Below, piece after piece: positions 1-9,139 of a stretch of 38,835 bases of DNA; position 1 is the first letter of the stretch, and every line of letters starts with the position of its first letter. The DNA comes from a virus (Duplodnaviria > Caudoviricetes): positions 1 through 38,835 of the IMG/VR virus record IMGVR_UViG_3300012682_000010, one strand, 5' to 3'. The position numbers and the translations under genes were made by a program. The notes below the pieces were generated by a model. The model worked only from the letters and a program-made list of their open reading frames with translations. It did no database searches and was not told where the DNA came from.

Positions 1-369
1 ACGACTCGCTCCGTGTATCTCCAGGCTGTTGGCAGTGGGCGCAATCGAGGCGGTCGTATGGTAATCCCCCGGCGGGAAGAACAGCCGCCCGCCGCCTGGA
101 AGCAACGCGAGCGCCGCCGTCCATGCGGCGTTGTTGGTCGGGGAGCTCGTTGAGGACACGCCTCCAACCACGCCGCCGACCCTCGGGTCAAGGAAGGAGA
201 GCGCCACCTCGTTTACACGAACGACGGGCTGCCCCTTGTATTTGAGGCCGCCGGTGGTCGTGAAGTCCTTCGCGCCGGTGACAGTCGAGTCGTCGGCCTT
301 GGCCACCACACCGACTGCGGACAGGGCGGCGACATCCGCCGGGGACAACTCGCTCAGCTTCGTGGGCAC
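1..369 (-). CDS. Tailspike/depolymerase-like receptor-binding protein, N-terminal part (runs off the window edge)
   Basis: Not in the ORF track; translated by hand from GTG 369 (GGAG upstream): MPTKLSELSPADVAAL...NNAAWTAALALLPGGGRLFFPPGDY...LEIHGASR. The GGxLFFPPGxY segment is typical of pectate-lyase-3-like beta-helix starts. Lies directly after the minor tail gene. Confidence 0.75.
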   Translation of the reverse strand, partial: MPTKLSELSPADVAALSAVGVVAKADDSTVTGAKDFTTTGGLKYKGQPVVRVNEVALSFLDPRVGGVVGGVSSTSSPTNNAAWTAALALLPGGGRLFFPPGDYHTTASIAPTANSLEIHGASR

Positions 370-388
370 AATCAGGCTCCCGTCACGG

Positions 389-2362
389 TCATAGGACTTC
401 CAACGGTTCGAGCCGCCACTCGACCGACCACGTCCGTCTGCGGCCGGTCATGCTGGCGGTCTCGGTGATCCCGGCGATCCTGCAGACAGCGGTGAGCGTC
501 TGGGGTTGCGCCGGATGCTTCCGCATCACGGTCACCACGTCATCAATGTCGAGGGTGAGAACGGTGCCGGTAACCGCGTCATCACCGAGCGGGTGGAGCA
601 CCAGCGGGTCGAGTGCAACCTTCGGGGCCTTCCCGTTGTCGACAACCCACCGGGCGAAATCGAGCGCCTGATCGTCGGTCGAGAAGAGCAGGTCTCCCAG
701 TTCGCCTTCGGGCGGACCGCGCCGCCCGAACCGGTCAACGTAGGACACGGCCGTTCCGGGGACAAGGTCGGTTGCGGCCGCCTCTTGCACCGACCCTTCA
801 ACGTTCTTGACCCGGACGACCGTCACGACGTTCTGGTGGGAGGTGTCGGTGCTCACCGACTGGTAGGGCATGTCGCCAGCCCACGCCTCTGTCATGACCG
901 GGTCGCCCGTCTCTGTGGTGACCGGGTCGCCCGACTGAGTCAGCACCGGTGCCGACGGCGTACCCGGACGGTTCCCGAACGTCGCCCGGCTGGCTCGCAT
1001 CGCCGCCAGGTCCGCGCCGCTCCGAAGGAGAATGTTCCCGGTGACTGTGTCGAGCATCCGGCCCCGGGCGGCCCGGGCCAGCCGGTGGAAGTAGGTGAGC
1101 GCCTTCCCCCCCAGCTGGGTGCGGCCCAGCACCGCGGGACTGTTCGCGCCGTAGGACATGCGGGACGCCGGGAGGCTCGCCGCAGCGACGACCCGGTCGA
1201 AGCGTGCGTTGACACTATCTCCCGCCCACGGCTTCACCATGGCGTTATTCACCGTCGTCGCCTCGGCCGCCGTGATCGCCCGATCCCACGCCACCACCTC
1301 GTCGAGCTCGGTCGGTTCTGCCTCGTTGACGTACCGGGTTCCCATGACAAGCGACGTCGGGGACGACACGGTGACGTTGGTGGTAAAAGTCACCGGAGCG
1401 ACGAAGACGTCGTCGAAATAGACGACGACACCCGTCGCATTGCGGACGAGGGTGATTACAAACCAGTCGGCACGGATCGCCCCCGGAAAGAAAATCTCGT
1501 AGGGCGGCAGGCGGTCAACGAAGATGAGCGAGAAGTTGAAGGGGACGTTGCCGGTCAACTTGAAGTTGATCTCGTTGCGCCAGTACCCGGCCGTGTCAAC
1601 CTGGTTGGTGTGGATCAGCTCAAACGGGGCGGTGGCGGAGACGCCGTCATTCGCCGAGATGGGGTACGTCTTGTAGACGCCGGGCTGACTCGGTCTCGTC
1701 ATGTCGAGCTTGCAGACAGCGGAGATGGTCCACTGCGCAGAGCCGTAGACCACCGACTGGAAGGCGTAGGCGTAAGCGGTCACCGGGTCGAGCCGGCGAG
1801 CGCCCCCGGGGATCATCGCCGCTCCCTCTGTCCGAGTGGACGGCCCAACGACAATCATGTCGGTCCCCGCGGACCCCGCATCATCGATGGTGGTGACCGG
1901 CTCCGGGTCGTCCATCCTCCACCAGTTCCTCGGCGTCGTGCCCTTGACCGTCGTCTCCCACACGGAGCCGGGCAGGTCAACGTCTGCGAGGTTGGCGAGC
2001 CGGCCGAGGGCGGTGAATGTGGCGACCTCGTCGGCGAAGTCGGTCCACTCGGTGGGGAGCAGATCGAGGAGACCCTCGAAGCGGGGGTAGGTGACGCCGT
2101 TCCAGTCGGTCACCCAGCGGCACGGGCGGCGAGGCTCGACGTTCGGGTAGTACGGCGACGCCGGGTTCTGCATGCTGAACCGGCCGTCACGGTTGTCGAG
2201 GCGTGCGGTGAGCCGGCTGGCCCGGTTGACGGCGTCCCTCGGCTGCCGGCCCCGTTCCCGGCCGATCGTGAGAAGCCACGGGGTGCAGTCGACCCACACG
2301 GGCGCCGGGGCCCACGGTGTCGCTGTCCATGCGACCTCGAACCTGTCGCGGGGGAGGGCCAT
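389..2362 (-). CDS. Minor tail protein (hub/baseplate-type) with a LamG/concanavalin-like insertion
   Basis: Follows the tape measure gene. N-terminal RGRQ...LDNRDGRFS...SPYYP motif of actinophage minor tails; central WWRMDD...LDEVVAWDRAITAAE LamG-like segment. Confidence 0.8.
   Translation of the reverse strand: MALPRDRFEVAWTATPWAPAPVWVDCTPWLLTIGRERGRQPRDAVNRASRLTARLDNRDGRFSMQNPASPYYPNVEPRRPCRWVTDWNGVTYPRFEGLLDLLPTEWTDFADEVATFTALGRLANLADVDLPGSVWETTVKGTTPRNWWRMDDPEPVTTIDDAGSAGTDMIVVGPSTRTEGAAMIPGGARRLDPVTAYAYAFQSVVYGSAQWTISAVCKLDMTRPSQPGVYKTYPISANDGVSATAPFELIHTNQVDTAGYWRNEINFKLTGNVPFNFSLIFVDRLPPYEIFFPGAIRADWFVITLVRNATGVVVYFDDVFVAPVTFTTNVTVSSPTSLVMGTRYVNEAEPTELDEVVAWDRAITAAEATTVNNAMVKPWAGDSVNARFDRVVAAASLPASRMSYGANSPAVLGRTQLGGKALTYFHRLARAARGRMLDTVTGNILLRSGADLAAMRASRATFGNRPGTPSAPVLTQSGDPVTTETGDPVMTEAWAGDMPYQSVSTDTSHQNVVTVVRVKNVEGSVQEAAATDLVPGTAVSYVDRFGRRGPPEGELGDLLFSTDDQALDFARWVVDNGKAPKVALDPLVLHPLGDDAVTGTVLTLDIDDVVTVMRKHPAQPQTLTAVCRIAGITETASMTGRRRTWSVEWRLEPLEVL
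887..933. repeat. Two 24-bp-period copies encoding TQSGDPVT/TETGDPVMTE in the minor tail protein
   Basis: ctctgtcatgaccgggtcgcccg at 887-909 and ctctgtggtgaccgggtcgcccg at 911-933. Confidence 0.7.
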
Positions 2363-4951
2363 CTAGCCGAGGGCGGTGGCGAAGGCGTTGCTGCCACCGT
2401 CCTCGATGAACAGGACCCGCATCCGCTTCTTCATCTCCGACATGGTCAGCACCGACCCGTCTGGCAGCTGGAACACGTTCGGTGCCGCCGCGGCGCTAGC
2501 GGAGGCGCTGGCGGCTGTGGACGAGGATGCGAACGAGGGGCGGACCACACCGGATGGTGAACCGGGGGTGGCCGCCGCTGCCATGGCGTCCGAGGCGGCG
2601 GAGACCCGGCCGGTGGACGCGAGGATGCCGGCGCCGAGCCCCTCGCCGATCCACCGGCCCTTCTGTGCCATCACCTTCGACGGCGACCCGAAGTCGAACA
2701 CGGCGTCGAGCACGTTCGACACGGCGTTACGTGCGAAGTTTCTGACCCGGTCGGCCAGCCAGTCCTGCAGTCCGCTGATGCCGTTCCACAGCCCGACGAT
2801 CAGATCCTTACCGACCCCAGCGAGACTGCCGATCGCGTCGACGACCATCCCGGGAAGGTCGAAGAACAGGCGGGCCACACCTCTGATGCCGTCGAGGACA
2901 GCGTCGGTGATCGCCGGCACCGCCGTGCCGAACCACCAGCCGACCACCCGGGGGCCGAACTCGACGAGGGCTTCGACGACCCACCTGGGCATGTCCATAA
3001 ACAGCTGCGCCAGGGCCATGATGCCCTCGACGAACTTGCCGATCAGCCACGGCAGGGCAGTGTCGATGAACCAGGCGGCCACCTTCGGGGCGAACTCGAC
3101 GACGGCGTCCAACGTCCACTGGGCCAGGTCTAACCACTTGTCGGCAAGCCACTTGATGCCCTCCCACAACGTCTGCCCAATCCACGGGAGGGCGGTACCC
3201 CACAGCCACTCACCAACCACGACGGCGAAGCCGCCGACAGCCTCGATCACCTTCGGGGCGAACTCGAGGAACTTGTCGGCCAGCCACTGGACGGCGTTGG
3301 CGGCCATCCCGGGCAGCTGCTCGAAGAACCCGCCAACGGCGGCCATGACCGTGTTGAACAGTTCGGGGAGCCGCTCCCAGTTCTGGTAGATCAGGTAGGC
3401 GGCGGCAGCGAGCGCTGCGATGCCGATGACGATCAGCGCGATTGGCGACACCAGGAAGGCGAAGGCGCCGCCGAGGGCGGGGAGGATCGTGAACGCCAAC
3501 CCGTAGAGGGCGGGGCCGATGGCAGCGAGGATTCCCACCACCACGCCGACCGTCTTGAACGCCATGAACCCCACGGCGAGCGCCGTCAGCACCCCCGTCG
3601 GGACAGCGTTCAGCACGTCTGTGAGCGAGGACAGCACGATGAGGAGAGGTCCAGCGTCGCCGGCCGTGCCGATCATGGCGGTAGCCAGACGGATCATCGG
3701 CTCAATGAGCGGTACAAGCGCCGGCAGCAGCGCCAGCAGCGCCCCCTGCGCCAAGTTGGTCAGCGCTGGGAGGAGAGGCAGGACGGCGTCGAGCATCTGA
3801 GCGAACAAGGGGGCAACCGCAGACAGGGTCGACGCCAGCGCGCCCCCCAGGTTGACGGCGACCATCCCGATCGCGTCGCCGACCTGCGGCATGATCGGCG
3901 CCAACGCCTTGAACACCTCGAGGAAAGCGCCGCCCAGGTTCTCAGCGACAATAGCTATCAGTGGCGCCGCCGCCGATAGGGCGGGGCCGAGGGCGGCAAA
4001 CAGGCCCCCGACGACCTGGGCGATCGTCCCGACCAGCGGCGCGATCACCGGCAGCAACCCTGCGAGCATGCCCACCGCACCCGTCATCAGCGTCGAGATC
4101 TGCGGCCCGATCGACTTCAACGTGTCACCGATCGTTGACGTGATCAGCGGCATCGTCTTCTTGATCTCCTGCACCGCCGGCTTCATCATGTCGCCGAGGC
4201 CCTGCAACGCCGTGTCCTTCAACGTCGAGACCATCCCGGTGAGCGACGCCGACTGGGCGTCCATCATCCCCTTGACGCGGCCCATCGCCGGTCCCGCCTG
4301 CGTCTCCAACGCCTTGAACAGGTCGTTCACGTTGCCCTGACCGGCGGACACCTTCTTCTGCGCCTCAGCGACAGACACGCCCATGACGGTGGCCAGGGCG
4401 TCCCATGCGGGGACGCCCGCCTCGGCTAGTTGCAGCATCTCCTCGCCGGTGATCTTCCCCTTCACCTGCATCTGCGTCAGAGCCGTCACCGCCCGGTCGA
4501 TGCCCTCAGCACCCGTGCCCATCGCCGACGTCGAGTCGCCCACGGCCCGCATGATCGGGATCACCTTCGACGCCTCAGTGCCCGTGGCCAGCAGCCTCGA
4601 GGCGGCGTCCTTCAGCCCGGGCAGCTCGAACGGTGTCTCCGCCGCGAACGTGCTGAGATCAGCGAGGAACGTCTTCGCCTTCCCGGCGTCACCCATGATC
4701 GAAGTAAACGCGATCTCCGACTGCTCGGCCTGAGCCGCCGCCGCTAGCCCGAGGCCGCCCATCGCGGCGGCGCCCGCACCGACGGCAACAGCCATTAGCC
4801 CGGCCGCCTTCGCCGCACCGCCCCCGAGCTTCCCGATCCACGAGCCGCCCTTGGACTCGTCCGACAGGTCGTTCAGCTTCCGGTCAGCCTCACTGGTGTC
4901 AGCGTCCACGGCGACCGTCAGCCGTTCCAGCACACGTCCAAGGCTCGGCAT
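2363..4951 (-). CDS. Tape measure protein
   Basis: Ala/Gly-rich helical protein with a tape-measure N-terminal domain (FAAETPFELPGL...GKITGEEMLQLAEAGVPAW), Trp-periodic repeats and C-terminal GSPSKVMAQKGRWIGEGL. Start re-called to ATG 4951 after AGGAGGTGA. Confidence 0.95.
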   Translation of the reverse strand: MPSLGRVLERLTVAVDADTSEADRKLNDLSDESKGGSWIGKLGGGAAKAAGLMAVAVGAGAAAMGGLGLAAAAQAEQSEIAFTSIMGDAGKAKTFLADLSTFAAETPFELPGLKDAASRLLATGTEASKVIPIMRAVGDSTSAMGTGAEGIDRAVTALTQMQVKGKITGEEMLQLAEAGVPAWDALATVMGVSVAEAQKKVSAGQGNVNDLFKALETQAGPAMGRVKGMMDAQSASLTGMVSTLKDTALQGLGDMMKPAVQEIKKTMPLITSTIGDTLKSIGPQISTLMTGAVGMLAGLLPVIAPLVGTIAQVVGGLFAALGPALSAAAPLIAIVAENLGGAFLEVFKALAPIMPQVGDAIGMVAVNLGGALASTLSAVAPLFAQMLDAVLPLLPALTNLAQGALLALLPALVPLIEPMIRLATAMIGTAGDAGPLLIVLSSLTDVLNAVPTGVLTALAVGFMAFKTVGVVVGILAAIGPALYGLAFTILPALGGAFAFLVSPIALIVIGIAALAAAAYLIYQNWERLPELFNTVMAAVGGFFEQLPGMAANAVQWLADKFLEFAPKVIEAVGGFAVVVGEWLWGTALPWIGQTLWEGIKWLADKWLDLAQWTLDAVVEFAPKVAAWFIDTALPWLIGKFVEGIMALAQLFMDMPRWVVEALVEFGPRVVGWWFGTAVPAITDAVLDGIRGVARLFFDLPGMVVDAIGSLAGVGKDLIVGLWNGISGLQDWLADRVRNFARNAVSNVLDAVFDFGSPSKVMAQKGRWIGEGLGAGILASTGRVSAASDAMAAAATPGSPSGVVRPSFASSSTAASASASAAAAPNVFQLPDGSVLTMSEMKKRMRVLFIEDGGSNAFATALG

Positions 4952-4955
4952 CAGG

Positions 4956-5198
4956 TCACCTCCTCCTCGACTCCTGATGCTTCTGAACGGCCCGTTCCGC
5001 ACCGGCCCGGGCACGGGCAAGCAGCTGGGCACGAACCACCGTCTGCCACCGCCACCCCTCGACCGTCTCCGGCGACTGCCCGTACCGTTCCGCCACCTCG
5101 TGGACCGTCACCCACGTAGGCGGAACGAAGTCGTCCTCCGGCTCGAAGCCGAGAGCGTCACAGATCAGCCAGCGCCGGAGACGCCGTTCGCCCCCCCC
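4956..5198 (-). CDS. -1 frameshift extension of the tail assembly chaperone (gpGT-type)
   Basis: Start-less open frame GERRLRRWLICDALGFEPEDDFVPPTWVTVHEVAERYGQSPETVEGWRW...ESRRR* in the -1 frame after a G8 run at 5191-5198; ends just before the tape measure gene. Confidence 0.75.
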   Translation of the reverse strand, partial: GGGERRLRRWLICDALGFEPEDDFVPPTWVTVHEVAERYGQSPETVEGWRWQTVVRAQLLARARAGAERAVQKHQESRRR

Positions 5199-5554
5199 GA
5201 CGCATCAACCTCCGCCGCCTTCTGCAAAGCGGTGCGGGCCGCCAACAGGAACTCGATAGGGAGGAGCAGCATGTCGTCGTAGGTGCGGAACATCATCGTT
5301 TCCTCGTCGTCGAGCCACATGTTCCACTCGACGACGACCCGCTCCAACGTCCTCGCAGCATCAGCGATAAACGCCTGCGTGCGGGCCGCCTTCTCCACGT
5401 CCGACTCGTCGGCCACCTCGGTCAGGTCAGCCGACACGACCTCGCCGACGGTGACACCCGACATCGTCACCCGCATCACGATCTCGTCGCCGCCCCAGTC
5501 GAACCGGGCGGTACGAACCGGGCCACCCTCGATGATGCTCTTCAGCGACGGCAC
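5165..5554 (-). CDS. Tail assembly chaperone (gpG-type)
   Basis: Between major tail and tape measure; GTG 5554 overlaps the major tail TAG; VVEWNM motif; slippery G run near the 3' end. Confidence 0.8.
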   Translation of the reverse strand: MPSLKSIIEGGPVRTARFDWGGDEIVMRVTMSGVTVGEVVSADLTEVADESDVEKAARTQAFIADAARTLERVVVEWNMWLDDEETMMFRTYDDMLLLPIEFLLAARTALQKAAEVDASGGANGVSGAG

Positions 5555-6603
5555 TACAGGGCGGCCGTGTTGTTGACCAACGTCAGCCGTTCCGAGTAGC
5601 CGAGGGTGGCGTCGTAGACGATGCGCATCGGCCACGCACCACCTATCACCCCGTCCTGGTCTTCGATCGGGGCCATCTCCCGCACCTTGCACGCAATGTC
5701 GTGCCGGAACAGGAACGAAGCGTTACCGGTGATCGTCGCACCGCCCCCGATCTTCCACCCGGCGGCGGTCGTCGCCAACTGCGGGCCCTTCGCCTCAACC
5801 CGGATGAACACGGTCGACCCGGCCCGCAGGTTCGTCAACAGGCCCATGCCGGAGGCGTCCGCCTGGACTGTCAGCGTCAGCGACGCGTCGGGCTTCGCCT
5901 CGACGGCGTCAACCCATGACGGCTTCGCCGAGTCCAAGATCCAGTAGTCGGCGAACTTGCCCGTCCTCGCCCACTCGACCTTCGACGACCGGGCCAGCTT
6001 CGTCGTGCCGACCGTCGCCGCCGTCGCGTTCAGGTAGATGTCGATCTGCGGTGACTGGACGGGGGTGGCGACCACCTGCGTTGGCGCCGCCGTGAGGGTG
6101 ACTCCGTCCTCGATCCGTTGGCCGATGAGAGCACCCGTGATCGCAGGCGCACCACCACGGCGTCCCAACGTGTAACCGAGGTCCTTCACGACGCCGCCGC
6201 CGGCCCGGAACGCCCGGTAGGCGGAACCACGCTCGATCGTCAACGTCTTGGGGACGTCGAGCGTCGACTGGGTGGCCGTCCACTCGTACCCGAAGGCGCC
6301 GGTCACAGCTACTCCGCCAGCGTCGGTGATGGCACGCGAAGTGGCGACGCCGTAGTGGGCGGACAGGAGGTACGCGAACTCGTCGTAGGTGAGCCTGCCC
6401 TCGATGGCAGCTTCCGACCACTCGGCCACCTCGGTGACCAGCGTGACGTCCTTCTGGCCTTCCGGGGCGAACTCGTCGGTCTCCGCCATCGGGTTCAGCC
6501 GGATCGTCGTAGCGGACAGCCGCTTGTTGGCGGCGACGAGGGTGCCGAGGGTGGCCTCTAGGCCAACCTGGACGGCCTCGACGACGGATGCGCGCTCAGC
6601 CAT
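5554..6603 (-). CDS. Major tail (tube) protein
   Basis: 349 aa; N-terminal VQVGLEATLGT, PKTLTIERGS; position between tail terminator and chaperone. Confidence 0.85.
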   Translation of the reverse strand: MAERASVVEAVQVGLEATLGTLVAANKRLSATTIRLNPMAETDEFAPEGQKDVTLVTEVAEWSEAAIEGRLTYDEFAYLLSAHYGVATSRAITDAGGVAVTGAFGYEWTATQSTLDVPKTLTIERGSAYRAFRAGGGVVKDLGYTLGRRGGAPAITGALIGQRIEDGVTLTAAPTQVVATPVQSPQIDIYLNATAATVGTTKLARSSKVEWARTGKFADYWILDSAKPSWVDAVEAKPDASLTLTVQADASGMGLLTNLRAGSTVFIRVEAKGPQLATTAAGWKIGGGATITGNASFLFRHDIACKVREMAPIEDQDGVIGGAWPMRIVYDATLGYSERLTLVNNTAAL

Positions 6604-6775
6604 TGGCGGTCACCTCCCCGGTGGTCGGCTCATCAACGGGCTTCCCGTCGGGCCGGTAGTCGTGGTGACGCGTCACAGCGTCGGCGTCCTCGGCCTCGGC
6701 GTAGGGCCGCTCCGGGTAGGCGCCGATCTTGGCCGGCTTGTCGGCCTGATCCTTCGGCTTGGCACTGGCGGGCAT
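6596..6775 (-). CDS. Small hypothetical protein (59 aa)
   Basis: Hand translation MPASAKPKDQADKPAKIGAYPERPY...EVTANG*; AAGGAGG RBS; stop overlaps the major tail start. Confidence 0.7.
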   Translation of the reverse strand: MPASAKPKDQADKPAKIGAYPERPYAEAEDADAVTRHHDYRPDGKPVDEPTTGEVTANG

Positions 6776-6797
6776 AGCGGGCCTCCTTGGAGGGTGG

Positions 6798-7256
6798 TCA
6801 GATGATGTGGGCGGTGATGTCGTACTGGCCGCCGCGGTGCCACCAGTGGTGACCGTCAGCCGTCTCCAACTGCTCGACCGTCACCTCCGCCCAGTCGCAG
6901 ACGAAATGATGACCGTCGAAGTCACCGGAGATGCCGGCCAGCGCTTCGATGCGACGCAGAACGGGGCGTAGGCGGAGACTGTCACGGCCGGCGCCTACCG
7001 CTTTCACCTGGTAGCGGCGGGTGACCTGCACCGTCGACCCGACCCCGGTGAGCAGAACCCGGCCGGCGTCAGCGACAGCCACGAAGTCGAACACGACGTA
7101 GGCGGTCGCCTTACCGGCAACGTCGAGGGTCCCGCCGGGTAGTAGTTCGTCGGGGGCGGCGCTGTTGTAGATGTTCTGCCCGACGAGGGCGGCGAGGGCG
7201 GTGTCGGCGCGGAGGGTGGCGAGGAGCCAGCCGTTGGCGAGGTCGGCGTAGATCAC
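6798..7256 (-). CDS. Tail terminator/completion protein
   Basis: LRADTALAALVGQNIYNSAAP...AYVVF motif; neck gene position. Confidence 0.75.
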   Translation of the reverse strand: MIYADLANGWLLATLRADTALAALVGQNIYNSAAPDELLPGGTLDVAGKATAYVVFDFVAVADAGRVLLTGVGSTVQVTRRYQVKAVGAGRDSLRLRPVLRRIEALAGISGDFDGHHFVCDWAEVTVEQLETADGHHWWHRGGQYDITAHII

Positions 7257-7579
7257 ATGGCCTCCTCGATGCTTCGGGCCACGGCGTTACGGGATGCGAG
7301 TAGTGCGGGAACGAGGAACGGGTAGGCGGCGGCGTGCCGGGCGCCGGATTCGGCGATGTGGGAGGCGTGGTGGGTGCCGACGATGAACCACACGCCCGGC
7401 CCCATCCGCATCCCCTCGATCCCGTCAGCAATCCGCCTCGAGTAGCCGGCGACGTTGGACTGCGCCAACCGGACGATGCCGGGGACAGCGTTGGCGATGC
7501 CGGCGTCGACGGCCTGTTCCACCCGGGTGATGGCCAGCCTGGTGTTGTTCTCGGTGACTCTCACCTTCACCCGGATCAC
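7253..7579 (-). CDS. HK97 gp10-like neck/tail-completion protein
   Basis: C-terminal HIAESGARHAAAYPFLVPAL resembles the gp10 ExGT...A.PFL.PA motif; start re-called to GTG 7579 (GTGA overlap). Confidence 0.7.
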   Translation of the reverse strand: MIRVKVRVTENNTRLAITRVEQAVDAGIANAVPGIVRLAQSNVAGYSRRIADGIEGMRMGPGVWFIVGTHHASHIAESGARHAAAYPFLVPALLASRNAVARSIEEAM

Positions 7580-7902
7580 GGCGTTACCTCCTTGAGAGTG
7601 ACCTCCCAATGGTGCGGGCCACGGGGCGTGCGGGCCAGGTACGGCGACCCTTCAACCTCGAACGTGCGACCGTCCTTCACCACCCGATCACTGCCGTCGA
7701 GGACCACGTCGGGGGGGAGGTACAGGCGGAGCGTCGTCGCCCGCCGGTCACCCTCCGTCTCATCATCGGACGTCCTCGACTGCGCCAGCCGGCACATCAG
7801 CTCCACCTGCGTGGTGGTAGCCGTCGGGTTGCCCTCAGCGTCAGGCACCGCAGACGACGTCCTCACGAGGGTCGCCGACTCCGTCAGGAACCGGCCGATC
7901 AT
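7576..7902 (-). CDS. Head-to-tail stopper
   Basis: PDAEGNP...DRVVKDGRTFEVEGSP...HHWEVTLKEV pattern; position. Confidence 0.8.
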   Translation of the reverse strand: MIGRFLTESATLVRTSSAVPDAEGNPTATTTQVELMCRLAQSRTSDDETEGDRRATTLRLYLPPDVVLDGSDRVVKDGRTFEVEGSPYLARTPRGPHHWEVTLKEVTP

Positions 7903-8489
7903 GCGCCGGTCAGCACGATCGAACCGACAGCCGACCGGCGGTACGGGGCGAGCCGCTTACGGTCCACGAGACCGCCGGAGGAGGACTGCGGCCCGTACGA
8001 CTCGGAGTAGTCACCTAGCGTCATCGAACGCAACCCGTCGGACGCGGCGGCGCGCAGGTGGGATGCGACCGCCTCAGCGATGAGCAGAACGAGCGGCGAC
8101 CCGGCTGCCGGCTGCCCGTGCGAGTAGGTGACCGTCACCGTCGACCCCCAACCCCAACCCCACTCTGGGCCGTTAGCCGACGGGACGTCGGCCGACAACG
8201 TCAGCACACCCTTCGCACTTACCGACCACAGCGAAGCGGCCAGCGCCACCCCGTTCACAGACACGGCCAACACTGCCGTCACCGGGTAGCGGGGCAGGTA
8301 CAGGGTCTCCCCGTGCCTGGCGGTCACCGTCACCGTCTCCGACGACACCGGCTCCAGGTCGTACCCGGGGAGATGAACGAGCACCTCCGCCTCGACCAGG
8401 TCAAGGACCCGGTACACGACGCCCAGCTCGGCGTCGGTGAGTTGGCGGACGAGGGCGGCCTCGACGTCTTCGGTGGTGGTGACCGACAC
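7899..8489 (-). CDS. Head-to-tail adaptor
   Basis: TTEDVEAAL, LYLPRYPVTAV, VTVTYSHG and SMTLGDYSESY motifs; ends LAPYRR. Confidence 0.8.
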   Translation of the reverse strand: MSVTTTEDVEAALVRQLTDAELGVVYRVLDLVEAEVLVHLPGYDLEPVSSETVTVTARHGETLYLPRYPVTAVLAVSVNGVALAASLWSVSAKGVLTLSADVPSANGPEWGWGWGSTVTVTYSHGQPAAGSPLVLLIAEAVASHLRAAASDGLRSMTLGDYSESYGPQSSSGGLVDRKRLAPYRRSAVGSIVLTGA

Positions 8490-8492
8490 CGG

Positions 8493-8723
8493 CTAGCCGC
8501 CGTCGGCGACGTCGACCTGCGGCAACCGTCCTGTCGGCCCGACCGTCGGGGCGTCAGGCCCCGACTCGAGGCTGTACGCCGAGTTGGGCAGCGGGTCGAC
8601 CTTGACCCCCCGGTAGCCCTGGTCTGTTTCCTCGTCGACCGCCTCCTGCCCCTGCGGGTCGGCGTCCTGCGCCGCCTCCGGTGCGGGCTGGCTGTCCTTG
8701 CGGTCATTGCGGCTGAATGCCAT
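8493..8723 (-). CDS. Small acidic head-associated hypothetical protein
   Basis: ATG 8723 after GAGGAG; VDEETDQGYRGVKVDPLPNSAYSL. Confidence 0.65.
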   Translation of the reverse strand: MAFSRNDRKDSQPAPEAAQDADPQGQEAVDEETDQGYRGVKVDPLPNSAYSLESGPDAPTVGPTGRLPQVDVADGG

Positions 8724-8737
8724 GCTGCGTCTTCTCC

Positions 8738-9139
8738 TCAGTTCCGGGCCCGCTGAAGCGAGCTGGTCGATGTCGTCAGGTTCGTGATCCGGGCCGGGGT
8801 GACCGTGCCGGCGTTCGCCGCCGTCACGCTGTACCCCTCCGACTCGATGTCGGTCTCCGGCGACCATCCGATGAAGCCGTAGTCGCCCCCCCCGGTGCCC
8901 GTACCAACGGACGCCGTGACCGTCCCGGTCGCCGTAGCTGCGGCGCTGAGTGTGGCCGCCGCCCCGGACGACGCCCCGGCAGCGGCGAGCGTCGCCCCGA
9001 CCGGGATGCCGGTCCCAGTGATACCCCGGCCGGCATCCTCCTCGTTGAACGACCCGGCCGGGCCGGTAAGCGCCGTGCTCGTAGCGGTGGTCCCCACAGC
9101 AGCGACGGTGCGCTGCTCCGGGGTGCGGCCGACAGCCAC
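8738..9139 (-). CDS. Putative capsid decoration/accessory virion protein
   Basis: GTG overlaps the capsid TAG; Thr/Ala/Gly-rich with GITGTGIPVGATL...TLSAAATATGT, a pattern common in virion surface proteins. Confidence 0.55.
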   Translation of the reverse strand: MAVGRTPEQRTVAAVGTTATSTALTGPAGSFNEEDAGRGITGTGIPVGATLAAAGASSGAAATLSAAATATGTVTASVGTGTGGGDYGFIGWSPETDIESEGYSVTAANAGTVTPARITNLTTSTSSLQRARN

